Assembly (NCBI GenBank): GCA_002189035.1
Contig: NEEC01000007.1
Location: forward strand, 2,790,001-2,854,000
Length of the DNA: 64,000 bases
Direction of reading: 5' to 3'
Source: Utricularia gibba
Taxonomy: Eukaryota; Plantae; Magnoliophyta
Made by a program: the position numbers and the translations under genes. Shown piece after piece: positions 49,501 through 62,789 of the stretch (position 1 is the first letter of the stretch; each line of letters begins with the position of its first letter). Below the pieces are notes generated by a model, which was given only the letters and a program-made list of their open reading frames with translations, searched no databases and was not told where the DNA came from.

Positions 49501-52075
49501 TTTCTTCTTTTTATTGGTTGTTTCTAAATTGTTTATTTCGATGACATGCTAATCTTTAGTTGATAGTGATTCTTTCAAACACCATGTTCAAGAGGTTCAT
49601 AGAGTTCTCAAATAAGGATAGTTTTTTGGTTCTCCTCACAAGTGTATCTTCATTGTTCCCAAGGTGATATTCTTAGGATATATCATTTATGGTTATGCAT
49701 TGAAAATGGTTCTCACAAAGGTGTGTGCATTCTAGGCATGACTATCACCCTCAACACTTATGAAAATTTGATGTTTTCATGATCTAGCATCTTTTCATTG
49801 ATGGTTTTTTCCTCATTTTAGCTCTCTTATGGCGTCGATGACTGATTGCATAAAAGGAAGCTCCTTTATTTGAACCATAGTAGTTGAAGATGCATTTCAA
49901 TGACTAAAGAATATTCTTATGACACCTCATGTGCTCATCTTTCCAAACTTTCTCAATCATTCGAGCTGCACTGTGATGCATCAATGTCTGGAGTTGGCAC
50001 TATCCCAAGTCAGGCAGGCTGTTGAATTGCATATTTTAGTGAGAAGGTGGGCATCGAAAAGTCTAATTACTCCACCTATGATCTAGAGTTGTTTTCGTTG
50101 GATCAAACTATCAAACATTGGTGACATTATTTGTTACAACAAGATTTCATCTTATGGACTGATCATGATTCACTAAAGCATTTGAAGTCATAGGATAAGG
50201 TTTCACCTCATCATGTTAAGTGATTTTCGTACCTACAACAGTTTACGTGGTCTATCAAGCACAAGAATGAGTGTCAAAATCGAGCAACTGATGCACTAAG
50301 TCGTAAACAATCTTGTTTGTTCATATTGAAGATAACTGTTGTTGGCTTCGAGATCCTAACATCTCTCAATGCTATGGATCCTTACTCTCCTTTGTGATGG
50401 AAGGCCTAACCGGTGGATTTCCTACTGATTATACCTTGTTGAATGAGAATTTATTCAAGGGCTATCGATTTTGTATACTAGACTCTAGCCTATGTCTTCA
50501 TCTAATTCATGAGGTACATAGTGAGAGGCATGTAGGTTGATACCGTACACTATTCTCACTAAGAATCTGTTAAGTGTCAATTAAGTGTTTATTATATGTT
50601 ATTACGTGTTGGATTAGGATAAATCACCCAAATTAGGAGTCATATTAATAAGTATTTGATTTTATTAAAAAATTCTATTTTTGTATTATGAATATATTTT
50701 TATTGTCTTTTTTATGCACTTTGTTGTTAACAGTTAGTCATAGAGTGTTGCAAATGACTTGTAAGAAATCAGACACTGATGTTTCATGACTTGTACGCGA
50801 AGTAGATCAATTATAGGTAGAAGACTGATATTATTCAAGGCTCTTGACTTATGGCATGTCAAAATCTATAATAATGATTGAGCGTTTACTTGCATGCATG
50901 GGAAACCTGGTTGTGCACACAAGACAGAAAGAATGATGAAATGAGAGTTAAAAAAGTTAATGAACATGGGGAGTGACTTAAAAAAAACTTGTAACACTTA
51001 TTTTCAATTTTTTTTTCTGCACTTTGTTCTCGTACTTGAACTTTGAGTTCTTCCTCTCCACCAAGGGAGGAAGAACACTTTACCTTTTAGTTTTGTTTTT
51101 TGTTTTCATGATTATTGGTGGCTGAACCTTTTTAGTTTTTACGAAGAGATGAAATTTCATTCCATGTCTTAAGCATTAATATTGATTCTTTATTGAATTT
51201 CTTCCGAATATCACATATTTCCACGCGTTCTTTTAAATTAAAATTAAAATACCCTGAGATCAATACTCATATTACGTTTATTTGTGTTTTACGTTCTTTT
51301 AAATTAAAATTTATTGAAAAAACGACACACAACCGAATCTCTATTATTGGCTTGGGGCACGACATGTGATGAAGCTTAATCAACGGTGTCATATTTGTCA
51401 ATGTGCTAAGGGTGACTCTTCGAATGTAGGATTATATTTGACTTTACCGATTCCAGCCAATCATGGATAGACTTGAGTATGGATTTTGTGTTGGGTTTAC
51501 CACATACAGTTCACGACTTTGACTCTATTTTTATCGTGTTGGATCATTTTTTATAAAATGGTGCATTTTATCCCTTACAAGAAAACCACAGACCCAAGCA
51601 GATGACTTTGTTAAGGCTCTACAATTTGTCCATCTCTAGGTTATTGGGAACTTACATGCCATTAATGAATTTTATAAGGGTGCTGCTAATTATTCTTGTT
51701 ACCTTGTGGATTTGAAGGTTGTGATTTAGTGTGGATTTTGATAACCAAGAATAGGTATCCAACACATGATTATTATAAGCTTGCATTCAAGAAGGTGGAA
51801 CCGGTTGAAATTGTTGCCAAGATCAACGCTAATACTTACCAAGTGAAATTACCACCAAGTTTTAAGATGTCAAATATCTTCAATGTTCAACATATGTTCC
51901 CATATCACCCCCTCCATCGAGAGTCGGATGCCTCTTCACCCAAGGAGAATGATGCGGCATATATTGAGCCTCCTTGGCAGCCCAACACCATGACATCATG
52001 AACCAATTAGCAGCTCACGAGAGAGTCGATGGTAGACTCTTATAACATTATCTTATTAGAAAATTAGGGGTTGCA
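46600..52075 (+). mobile_element. Degenerate Ty3/gypsy LTR retrotransposon (possibly CRM-like)
   Basis: LTR end ...ACATCA (47397) then PBS TGGTACCAGA (47401). Relics follow in gypsy order: gag (KIEILEFSG, FVATKFQEPASRW), protease (CHLLLSRPWKYD), RT (LPNRTHYRMS, YFDDML), RNase H, integrase (CHICQ, ...NTYQVKLP.SFKMSNIFNV). Purine tract then TGATG at 51950. A matching LTR pair was not recognisable, so the left boundary is approximate. Confidence 0.9.
50568..51334 (+). mobile_element. Solo LTR nested in the gypsy integrase
   Basis: 767-bp insert starting TGTTAAGTGTC and ending GACACACAACC (imperfect terminal inverted repeat, terminal CA read as CC), flanked by the 5-bp direct repeat GAATC (50563-50567, 51335-51339). 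Removing it rejoins the integrase zinc-binding region (HSERHVG...KNLYYWL...RCHICQCAKG). Confidence 0.75.
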
Positions 52076-52110
52076 TTTCTCAAAATATGGGGAAAAAGGG
52101 ATAAGGAAAA

Positions 52111-52262
52111 TGGGCCCGGGTTATGTGAACAAGAACCGTTTGGGCCAACGTGGAGAGCACCATTTGGCCCAATTTCATGCAGATATGGATACGGCGCCGT
52201 TTCGTGAACATGAGAACGAAGAATTCCGCGGAATGAGACAGTGGGCAGGGCCTCAACCCTAG
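52111..52262 (+). promoter_or_regulatory. Site II elements and telo-box-like motif upstream of eIF4A
   Basis: TGGGCC at 52111 and 52141, GGCCCA at 52166, CAACCCTAG at 52254-52262; followed by a likely non-coding first exon and 5' UTR intron. Confidence 0.6.
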
Positions 52263-52856
52263 CCGCTGAAAGTGCTTAGCAAATATCCGTAACTCTCTCT
52301 TCAACTCCGCGGCGTAGATCCGGGGAGTCGTGGCAAAACTTCATTTCGGAAGCTTTCTCGTCGATTGCTTCCTCATTTCACTACATTCTTCAACAAGATC
52401 TTTCTCTCGGTTTGTGCTTTTATCTGGTTTGTCGAATCCTCATTTCTCCTGATGTGCCTGCATCTGTCTGTTGATGTTTGATCGGCCAATCGTAATGGGT
52501 TTCTTTTTTTCAAGATCTTTTCGTTAATCGAATCGTGATACCGCTTCCTTTCGTAATCATGTCGGTCTTTTTTCAGTTTGAGCGCCTGAGGCGTCTTTTC
52601 TTTGCTTAGGAAAGTATGTTTGCTTTCGTTGTTCTACGTTTGTATGCCCTCTCCTTGTGTAATTGCTACATGGAGTGAGATGAAATCCATAATGTTTTAG
52701 TGATATTATTTGAAATACTATTTCACTGGAATAACCACAGTAGTTATCACGCTTGTTTTTATGTTCTGTAGTTAGAAGGGGCGAACTTTTTTTTTTCTCC
52801 GTGGAATTGGATACTTTGCTAGTGTATTTGTATTAATATATGATACTTTTTCAGTC

Positions 52857-54423
52857 ATGGCTGGACTGGCACCGGAAGGCTCCCAATTTGATGCTCGGCA
52901 GTTTGATGCGAAAATGAATGAATTGTTAGTTACTTTCTGTTATGGCCGTAAGCAAGCTTGGCCACATACGGCAGGTGTTTGTTGTTGATCTGAATTTTTA
53001 AATTTTTACTGTAGACTCGGCAGCGATGCAGATGATTTTTTTACAAGTTATGATGAGGTTTATGATAGTTTTGATGCAATGGGTCTGCAAGAAAACCTTC
53101 TCAGGGGAATTTATGCTTACGGTACATCAATCTGCATCTATTCTTACAATTACGGTTACTGCTTGACCACCATTTCTATATTTGATAGCCAACATTTGAT
53201 CTTTGAAAACTATTTTGGTAAGGTTTTGAGAAGCCTTCTGCAATTCAGCAGAGAGGTATTGTGCCCTTCTGCAAGGGCCTTGATGTGATTCAGCAGGCTC
53301 AATCTGGAACTGGGAAGACTGCAACGTTTTGTTCTGGAATTTTACAGCAGCTGGACTATAGTCTTGTGGAGTGCCAGGCGTTGGTTTTGGCCCCTACTCG
53401 TGAGCTCGCCCAACAGATCGAGAAGGTCATGCGTGCTCTTGGTGATTACCTTGGTGTCAAAGTCCATGCGTGTGTTGGAGGAACTAGTGTTCGTGAAGAT
53501 CAGCGCATTCTTTCAAGCGGTGTTCATGTTGTTGTTGGTACCCCGGTCGTGTTTTTGACATGTTGAGAAGGCAATCACTGCGTCCAGATTACATTAAGAT
53601 GTTTGTGTTGGATGAGGCTGACGAAATGCTCTCCAGGGGTTTCAAGGACCAGGTAAATATGTTTCATTAATTTTTCCTTTGTGCTGGTGTGTCTCCCATG
53701 CATCAAGCTTCAACTAATTCGTATTTGGCCTCGGAACTGATTGTATCTCTTGGATGATTAATGTTTTTCTTTATTTTTTTGTCTCAGATCTATGATATCT
53801 TCCAGTTGTTGCCACCGAAGATCCAAGTTGGTGTGTTTTCTGCAACTATGCCACCTGAGGCGCTTGAAATCACCAGGAAATTTATGAATAAGCCTGTCCG
53901 CATTCTCGTCAAACGTGATGAGCTGACCCTTGAAGGTATCAAGCAGTTTTATGTGAATGTTGATCAAGATCAGTGGAAGCTGGAGACCCTGTGCGATCTC
54001 TACGAGACTCTGGCGATCACTCAGAGTGTCATCTTTGTGAACACCAGGCGCAAGGTGGACTGGCTCACCGACAACATGCGCAGCCGTGACCACACCGTCT
54101 CAGCCACTCACGGAGACATGGACCAGAACACCAGAGACATTATCATGAGAGAATTCAGATCCGGTTCGTCTCGTGTTCTCATCACAACCGATCTCCTGGC
54201 CCGTGGTATCGATGTTCAGCAGGTGTCGCTTGTCATCAACTATGATCTTCCCACCCAACCTGAGAACTATCTTCACCGCATTGGAAGAAGTGGAAGGTTT
54301 GGAAGGAAGGGCGTGGCAATCAACTTTGTGACCAAGGATGACGAGCGCATGCTTTTCGACATCCAAAAGTTCTACAACGTCGTCATTGAAGAGCTTCCAG
54401 CCAATGTTGCAGATCTCCTGTGA
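52857..54423 (+). CDS. eIF4A: Eukaryotic initiation factor 4A DEAD-box helicase, coding exons 52857-52924, 53015-53121, 53223-53652, 53788-54423; 1-nt deficit at 53541-53544
   Basis: [17 protein letters not shown] start; Q motif [49 protein letters not shown]; end [16 protein letters not shown] is restored by adding one C. Confidence 0.96.
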
Positions 54424-55739
54424 TGCATTAGCATTCGGCACTTGCTTGTTTTGTTTTCCAGTAAATCATTGGGTTTTTGTTTGTGAATTCCCAGGTTCCC
54501 ATTAAACATCTTTTTGTTTGGGTTCTGTTGTATGTGTCACTTATTAGAAATAACCTTCTTTTAAATGCGTAAAGCACTAGTGCTCAATGAGGTCCTGTCC
54601 AATACTAGCACAGGATCTGGAACAAACAAGTAGATCCAACGAATGTGACGGGTATATTTTGGATTGGTTCGAGTAGATCAAGTAAAACATGAGTTTTGAC
54701 GAGACTTTAATGATGTCATTATATAATATTTATATAATATAAATACAATAGTATGACCACTTAACAAATATATACATAAAAATTAATATTAATATATATG
54801 CACTCTTTTTAAATTAATTATATAATTAAACCCTCATAAATAAATTTAAATATACACTCAATATTCAATATAATATAATTAAATATGATTAATATAACTA
54901 ATATACATAATAAATTGGAGTATTTATATCATTTTATGAAAAAAAAATTAAATATTCTTTGAAATTCATTTTTCTTACGTTCTTGTTGATTCAATGATAC
55001 AGAGGAGTCGAAATTCAATTATTGTGGATGTTCTTGTTAGAGCATCTATACTCATTTCTAAAAATGCCGATATGGCATTTTTGAAAATGGTATAAAAAAT
55101 TATGAAAATAAGTAAATTTGTTTTTACTTTCTTCAGGAAACGTAAATGAAAAATGTTCATTTACTTTTGGAAATGGTTTAAAAACAAGACATCACATGTT
55201 ATTCTAAATCTTTATTTTAATATTATTTAATATTATACTTTAGAAATGGATACAAATGTAAAGTAAACTTAATAAATGAAACTCAATTTTTTAAAAATGA
55301 TATTGGTAAAGATGATTTTAGAAGCATATGGTGAAGTGGAATTGGTTTGAAGTTATGTCCTTACGTTACATCCATCGATGATCTATATGGTTGTGAATCA
55401 CTTAAAGTTATGTATTCTTCCATATGATGAATTCTATGTTCATATATTTTCTTCTTCCTTTATTCGTATTCCTGAAAAATTATTTAGTACAATAAAGTCC
55501 ATCGAAAGCATGTTTAACATATTGTGGATCAACACGAAAAACCACTAGTGATAAAAGGCCAATGTTTTTTAGTTGTGATTGATATAATTGGCTTGAATAT
55601 GTATTTAATAAACAACATAGAATATGCATTGGATTGACTAATATTAGTTGTTTTATATCAATATACTTGCAAATCTATTCATACAAAATAATTTGTATAT
55701 CATTAATATTGTATTTAAAATAATAAAAAAAAGTTTTAA

Positions 55740-57300
55740 TTTGAGAAATTATTTTTTATATATGATAACATAGTATATTGTGATTTTGTCATTTGGTACA
55801 AGCACAATTATGTTCTCCAATTCTAATAAAACACATTTTCCAAGCCATTCTTACAAAAGGGTTGTGACATGAAGTACTTTTATCGACGATCATAAATTTT
55901 GACGTTTGTATCTATCATTGTTCTGTCTTATCGTTTTAATAAAATTTCAATTTTTTTGCTACGTAATTTGTTTTGGCTCTATATATTAAAAATCTTTTCA
56001 ACACTTTAAATAGATGATGTTGACTACATGTGATACACAAATTTTTAGTTTAAAATCTTTCATTTAAAATAATATTGATATAATACTTAAGTTAGTATTA
56101 ATGACATACATCTAAAAATACATAATGTATTAGTTATATTTAATTTGTTATCAAAATATCATATCTATCATTTTACTTGATTTCTTGTACAAAGTCTATT
56201 TTTATACAAGAATTGCTTGTAAATATTTCATGCCCGAAAATTAAGATTTTTAATGTTGGTTATATATTTATCAAATTTGTCAATATAACTTGTATACACC
56301 ATCTTATTGAATCAATCTTTAACTCTAGAAGTTTTAAATTTATCTATGAGGTTTACTCGTAAATATCGAATACAATATCGATGATATACAAGTCGTGCTC
56401 CTTTTATTATTGATTTACATTAATCACATATTAGCCAGTTTAACTTATTCAATGCAATATAAATATTGATGTGCTGCATTAATCAATGTCATGATTCATC
56501 TGTTTCCTAATCTATAACAGCGAGATAAGGGGTAAAAACTTTCAAAGTGGTGTAAGTGTCATTGCAATAAGAAATTTATGTTTGTAACAAGAATATATTT
56601 GTGTTGCATCAATAGAGATAACAATGAGTGTATGTTGTTATGTACATATACATGTTCCAAATGTCCAAAATACATAATGCAATGTTTCAATATCTTGTTG
56701 ATGTCAATCATTATTCCTTAATTTTGAAACATTACTTTCTACAAAATAAAATGGAGACTCATAACTAACCCATTCAAAGTACCATAGAGTAATTAATTAA
56801 TGTAATTATATAATCAATTTCTTATTTAATTGATGTAATTATTGTAGATATTTTCGTTTCAAATCGACTTAAACATATGACTTAGCATTTTCTAAAATGT
56901 ATGTTACATTGATATTCTTGTAATTAAAAAATCTTCCCTCAAGACAATGACAACTATACGACTTAATAAGTTTATTCATCTTGTATCTAGTAATTTTTTG
57001 TATTGTACTACACGAATTCTCCATCTACATTGTTGTACTCCAAACATGTGATAACAAAGGTTTATAACTCTTGGGTCATTATCATGCATACCATATTTCT
57101 TGTCAAGTATGATTATATGATTATGTGTAGTATTGAAAAAAATTTCTTTATGTATATATAGTTGATTAATAGTAAATGTAGATTTATATTTTTTTTTCAT
57201 GTTTTTCTTCTTTTGGTTAAATAATATTTTTAATATTTGTATCATTTTACTAATCGAATTCATTTGTTCAAGTTCTGCTCTATGCACTTGATATTCATTA
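55740..57300 (-). mobile_element. Second degenerate Mutator (MuDR/MULE) transposase relic
   Basis: Minus-strand fragments in order: CRWRIRVV (MuDR domain), HYVFWTFGTC, VISIDATQIY.CYKHKFLIAM, AVID.ETDES (MULE domain), SWIM-like HNCACTK.QNHNILCYH. Many stops. Confidence 0.7.
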
Positions 57301-58149
57301 TCATAATTCTAATAAGTATCATCACCAAGATTTGAAGCTGTTCCAAACTCGTAATCTGCATATTTTCCTAATATACGAAATTTTAATTAGATTCATAGTA
57401 AATATTATAAATTAAAAGTATAATACATATCATATAATAGTAAAATTTTAAAAAATAATTATGTAATATACCTTCTTCACTTTATATTAAATATATTATA
57501 TCATCATTATATATAATATTAATATAGTTACTTGAAAAATTATTAAAATATCTTGAGGACTGTCCAAAATGATAAGGTGTAATTGATTTATTACAACTAA
57601 AATACAATTCCACAAGTAGAGTGATATAACTGGAAAAAAAACATAAGAAAGTTCTATTTGTAAATAATTAATATATATTATGTGGTATTAATTTTCTAAT
57701 AATAATATTGAACGGACATATTAAATATGTATGCATTAGAGTAGATTTCATAAAATGCAGATAATTCATTAATAATATCTTGTATTTCAATATTTATATC
57801 AAATTACTCAAATTATTCGGATATTGTATTGTAATTAGTAAAATTTCGTAATTAATATATCCTTAGATATATCAAGAAGAATTTGATAAATGAGAATAAT
57901 ATTTTGAATGAAACTATATTTATTTTATATTTTTTAAATGAATAATAATTGATATTATAATAATCGATCATGTATAATGAATATCTATGAAATAGAAATA
58001 ATAAATAATAAAAAATCATGTAAGTCGATAAAAACAATCTTTATATGGAAATTTCAAACACATCATATGAAAATCAAATAATTCACTTAAATAAATTTAA
58101 TTCAACATAATAAAATTTATTATTATATATTTCAAATTTTTTACAATAA

Positions 58150-58610
58150 ATATATTGTCAACCAAAAAGATTATTAACGATATTTCACATTGGTTATGGG
58201 TGGAGAAGAGGGACATCATTAAATAATACTCTCATAATCTTATATGAGACTCCAAAAAGAGAGAACATAAAACCGTGAGTGTTTGGTGCCCAAAGCAGAC
58301 AATATTATATAAAATAAGATATGCAGTAATATATGGTATTAAAATCAAATCCGAGTTAATGTTAATCGTGGAATGAGGAGATACTCAATAAGGATGCTGA
58401 GTGTCTAAAATAGATAGAATGTTAGATTAGAAGTGTGCTAGCAATATTTCATATTGATTACGAACGAGAAGGTGAACATATTTAAATAGAAAAATATTTT
58501 GTAATCTTGTATGAGAAACTTTTTCTGGAATGAAAGGATGTAAAACCATATGGATTTAGTGTTTGAAGCAAATAATATCATGTAATATAAGAATAAATCG
58601 TGATATATAT
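58150..58610 (+). mobile_element. Degenerate TRIM (terminal-repeat retrotransposon in miniature)
   Basis: Two diverged direct repeats about 265 bp apart (TATTTCACATTGG 58181 / TATTTCATATTGA 58445; AAAACCGTG...AAAGCAGACAATATT / AAAACCATA...GAAGCAAATAATATC), with a PBS-like TGGTATTAAA at 58334 between them. Confidence 0.45.
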
Positions 58611-60602
58611 TATTAAAATCAATCTAATGAGAAATTATATTTAATTACATATATATATTGACTATAGATACAATCAATTTAAATAAAATGCATATATTAT
58701 TTTAATATTTATATAATCATTTGTTAAATAATTATATTTTTTTATCTATATTATATAAATATTATATAAGAGTGGTTGCATTCAAGCTTCATTAAAACTC
58801 ATATTTTACGCAACAATTGATCTACTCAATTTAAAATGTATCTAATGATCGAATGACACAATCAATAGTTAGCAATCATTCAAGTTATATATTATATTTT
58901 GATTAAATAATTATTATTTTTCAATTTTAAATTTGTATTACATTTTCATTCAATCTAAATAACATGTAGTATTCGAACGTTTTTTTTCTAGTATTGTGGC
59001 GAGATTTTTGGAGTACTAAATCAATATGTGCCACGTGGGGATGAAATCGGTTGGAGAGAGTATTTGGACGGTTATGACAATATTTAACAGGTCAATAGAC
59101 CATCAAGAATCAAAACTAGGCAACGATGGCCGTTTTTGACATAATCTAAAAAAGTAGGCGAATTAAAGGAATATCAAAACAATCAGTGGTTATCTATTAG
59201 TTGGATCACAGTATTGTTGTGTGCACTTTATATCAAACAATAAATTTGATCGTAAAAATCAAGAAATTAGATATTAAGATTTAATGTAGTTCACTTCAAA
59301 ATAAGTGCTACGCCCATATCCAAATCCGAGAAAAATTAATTATTTACCATAATGAATATAAAGAGATTTATCCTAGTAACTATCGAATTTTACCCTCTTT
59401 TTCTATCCTCTTCTCGAAAACTCTATTAGACAAGAAAACATGAATAAGAAAGAATAATATCTTTCTTCTTTATCTATTATACTCTCAGAAATTGAAAAAC
59501 TCACTCAAAACAACTCAAATGCTATGAACTCTTGTTGGTATTGAATCTCATCTCGTATGAGAAATTGAGTATTGACCTCAATTTATAAAAGTTAACCACC
59601 AACTCCCATGCCAATACTACTCACCAATCGTTTTTTTTTTTTTTTTATATGGGCCCCACATGGAGAGACCCATCAAGTATATTTACTGGACATAGAAAGT
59701 AGACGACACCAACAAAGTTTGATCGGATCGGCTCCACTTATAAATAGCAGTAAGTATGAGGAAAATAGGATTGTATTCTACACATTTAACTTGTATACTT
59801 CTCTTATTCTCTTAGTGAAATTTATTTTTTTCTGACGAGTTCCAACAACTCCGTAATTTTTCCCATTCTAGTGGTTTCCACGTAAAAGCTTATCTCCCTT
59901 TTTCCATATTTCGTATAAATCGATTGGCTCACAATCAATACAGACCGACACCATATCTGCACTCATCACCCGAAATTGATTCCTTTTATGATAGTGATTG
60001 CTAATTACAACATGGAAGTATTTTACAACAAAAAGTGATTTGTCAATTTTGAATAATAAAATTAATTTTATTTGATTTTTTAAATAATAGATATAAATAG
60101 TAAAAAAATTAGGAATCAATTATATCATTTAAGTAAATAGTAAATATTATTTTTTCAGTTATTTCCAAAATAATATTAGTCGACCTTGCCATTAAAAATC
60201 GGAATTAGAAACCCAACTGACAAACAAGTTCAACCAGCATGAAACAATCAAAAACACCGCAGGAATCACGCAGGTGGATCTCCCACACGGGCCGTTTTCA
60301 GGCCTAATAAACAGGGTCCACATACTTACCGGGCCATAAGTCCGAGTTAAGATCATGTGTCAGCCCAATTAGTCAGTCACTCACATGAACCCTAAGTCGA
60401 TGAACATTTCATTAATTATTTTGTACACAATCACCATAACTTTTGATAGTTGCTTTCCTTTAGATCATCATAATCATAATCGTGGATAGTCGTGTGTCTG
60501 AGGAAAATGGTGGGCCCCGTTATTGCTTACCGAACATACAAAATCCACCATACACACACGAAAAGCACATCCATGTTACAGTGTTGCACAAAAAAATCCG
60601 CC

Positions 60603-61457
60603 CTACTTTCTTCCTCCTGAACCCGCAGTGGTGTTCTTCAGTATCTGCAATGGCGGAGAACCAAGTTACATGTTGTAGTTCAGTGACAGAAAAAGGCCCA
60701 AACTGAAACCAATTTGAAAAGGTGGGAGCCTTTATGATGCATCACGTCAAGAGGATGTTCACAGTTGGGGTTGGGGCCGGAGAAGAAGAAGAATCATGTT
60801 AGTTTTCGGGGTTTTTTCGTTTCGTTTACCTGACGAAGCATTTGGTTTTCATTCTGCAAGGTTGAGAGCCTCTCATCGAGCTCTGCATTCTTCGTCTCTA
60901 GATCCTTAACCCTCGCTTCTAACTCCGTTAAATAGGCCTTCTTCCTCTCCCTTGCTTGCTGTGCAGATACTCTGTTCCGCAGCAACCTTCATCCACATAG
61001 AACAAAAAACCTCGATTTTGAGGAGAAGCTTTGGTGACGAATCGAATTCTTGATTTAGGGCAAAATGAAAATAATAAAAAAAACACTCACCGCTTTAATC
61101 TTTTGCTTTCCTTATCAGCAGGACTTCTGCCTCTCTTCTTCGAACTCGCCGCTGTCGGCTGCGCCTGACCGGCTCTTCTAGAGCCTTCGCCGCCGGAGAT
61201 AGCCGAAGCACCGCCAGGCTCTCCTCCAATCTCCGGCACTCTTCTGATCTCATCATCACTTTCCATTCCTTCACGTTCCACAAATCAAATGCGCGAAGAA
61301 TTAACAAATTCGTCACCGAATTAGAGATTTGAAGTCTCAAATTCTTAACAAAAGTGAAACCTTCTTTGACTTCGATATGGAGCGCAGAGCTAGACGACCT
61401 TTCGCTACTCGAATGCAAAGATCCAGCGGCCAGGGAGCTAGAAGCCTGCTCTTGCAT
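60603..61457 (-). CDS. HY5: bZIP transcription factor ELONGATED HYPOCOTYL 5, 4 exons (61457-61361, 61268-61091, 60986-60830, 60644-60603)
   Basis: [28 protein letters not shown]1-binding [11 protein letters not shown], b[38 protein letters not shown]...[16 protein letters not shown]. Intact. Confidence 0.97.
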
Positions 61458-61647
61458 TTTCCTTCACGCGAGCAAAACAAAAATTGGAATACGATGCGCG
61501 AAGAACAGAAGAAGGAACAGCAGAAAGTGAAAATGGTAAACACTTATGTATCGCGCCACACACACACTTTCATTTGCCGTACATTTCCGAGAAACCGGAA
61601 AGAGAAAGGCACGACAGGATATCCGTTGGATTAACCTTGATCGGACG

Positions 61648-61816
61648 TATATAAAGCAATGAACGTGGTCATCCTAATATCCACAACGTGTTGTGTTAAT
61701 CAAAGGCGGATGGGTGTGAAGCGTGGAGCGTTTTGGAACGTTGGATATTCAACGATTCGACGGCTACCAGCAGCGATTAGGGAGGTTCACTGGACCGGGA
61801 CCATATTCTTCACGTG
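61648..61816 (-). promoter_or_regulatory. HY5 proximal promoter: TATA box, two T/G-boxes and one G-box
   Basis: TATATA at 61648-61653; CACGTT on the minus strand at 61662-61667 and 61685-61690; CACGTG at 61811-61816. Confidence 0.65.
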
Positions 61817-62789
61817 CTCGATCAGCTTGCCGTCAGGGTTAATGGCGATATTATCATAAATAGTGGCTTTTATAATTAATAAACCAGTTTAGCGGATAAT
61901 GTTATTACGAAATAAAGTTCATGTTTGTAATTGGGTAGGCGTCACGATAGGTGCATTGTGATTGTATAATCACAATAGAATAGTGTCATAAAACAATGAA
62001 CAAAAAGTAAATCATTCATCCTAGTATTTCTTTAGTTCAATTATGTTAAATTTCGGAGTTCTCGCAAAATCCAAAGCATTCGTATTGCTAAGATTGCACC
62101 CAAGTAGTGTCACACGAGCAAACGACACATATGTTATACTTTTGGATTCGATCATTATATCTTCCAAATCATTTTGATTTACAATATTTATATTACATTA
62201 TTTTGAAGCTCTTTTTAAATCCATCACGTTGGATGACCTTCTACTCAAAAAGTGACTATATGGCAAGCAATTGGCAAAGGCATCTGAGCCATTGATATGA
62301 ATTAAACGTTATGATTCTAGATCTCTAGATTAATGTAGAAGACACATATGGTTCTCACAAAATATAATATTAATAAATAGATCAGCATGCCATATTTTGG
62401 TTCCCATGTTATCGTGTAATGCAGATGGTAGGCAGTGGTACATTGCTACTTATATAATTGTAATCAATGGTATCACATGAACAACGGACAAAAAAAAGGA
62501 TGCAGTACGAATACTTCTCACAATCATCTATTTTAATATTATTCTCTCACAAACATGTTTAGTTTTGAAGTTTTGATGGGATATAATGCATTGACACTGG
62601 TATCATCGCATATGAGTGGTTATTAAATGTCATTTTTTAATATATTTTACTATATATTTTTAAGTGTTAATATAGGATTAAATTATCCAATAGAAATTAA
62701 ATTAAGTGCTATTAGATATTTATTAAAAAATATAATTATCTTATTATTATTATTATTTTCATTATATATTTTATATTATTATATATAAA

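Noticed and set aside
52390-52854. snoRNA in the eIF4A 5' UTR intron
   Set aside because: No properly spaced C/D boxes with a terminal stem or H/ACA architecture visible.
14031-53544. Programmed ribosomal frameshifting as a shared explanation of the four frameshifts
   Set aside because: No slippery heptamers or shared stimulatory structures seen; uniform loss of one C or G in short runs fits sequencing consensus error.
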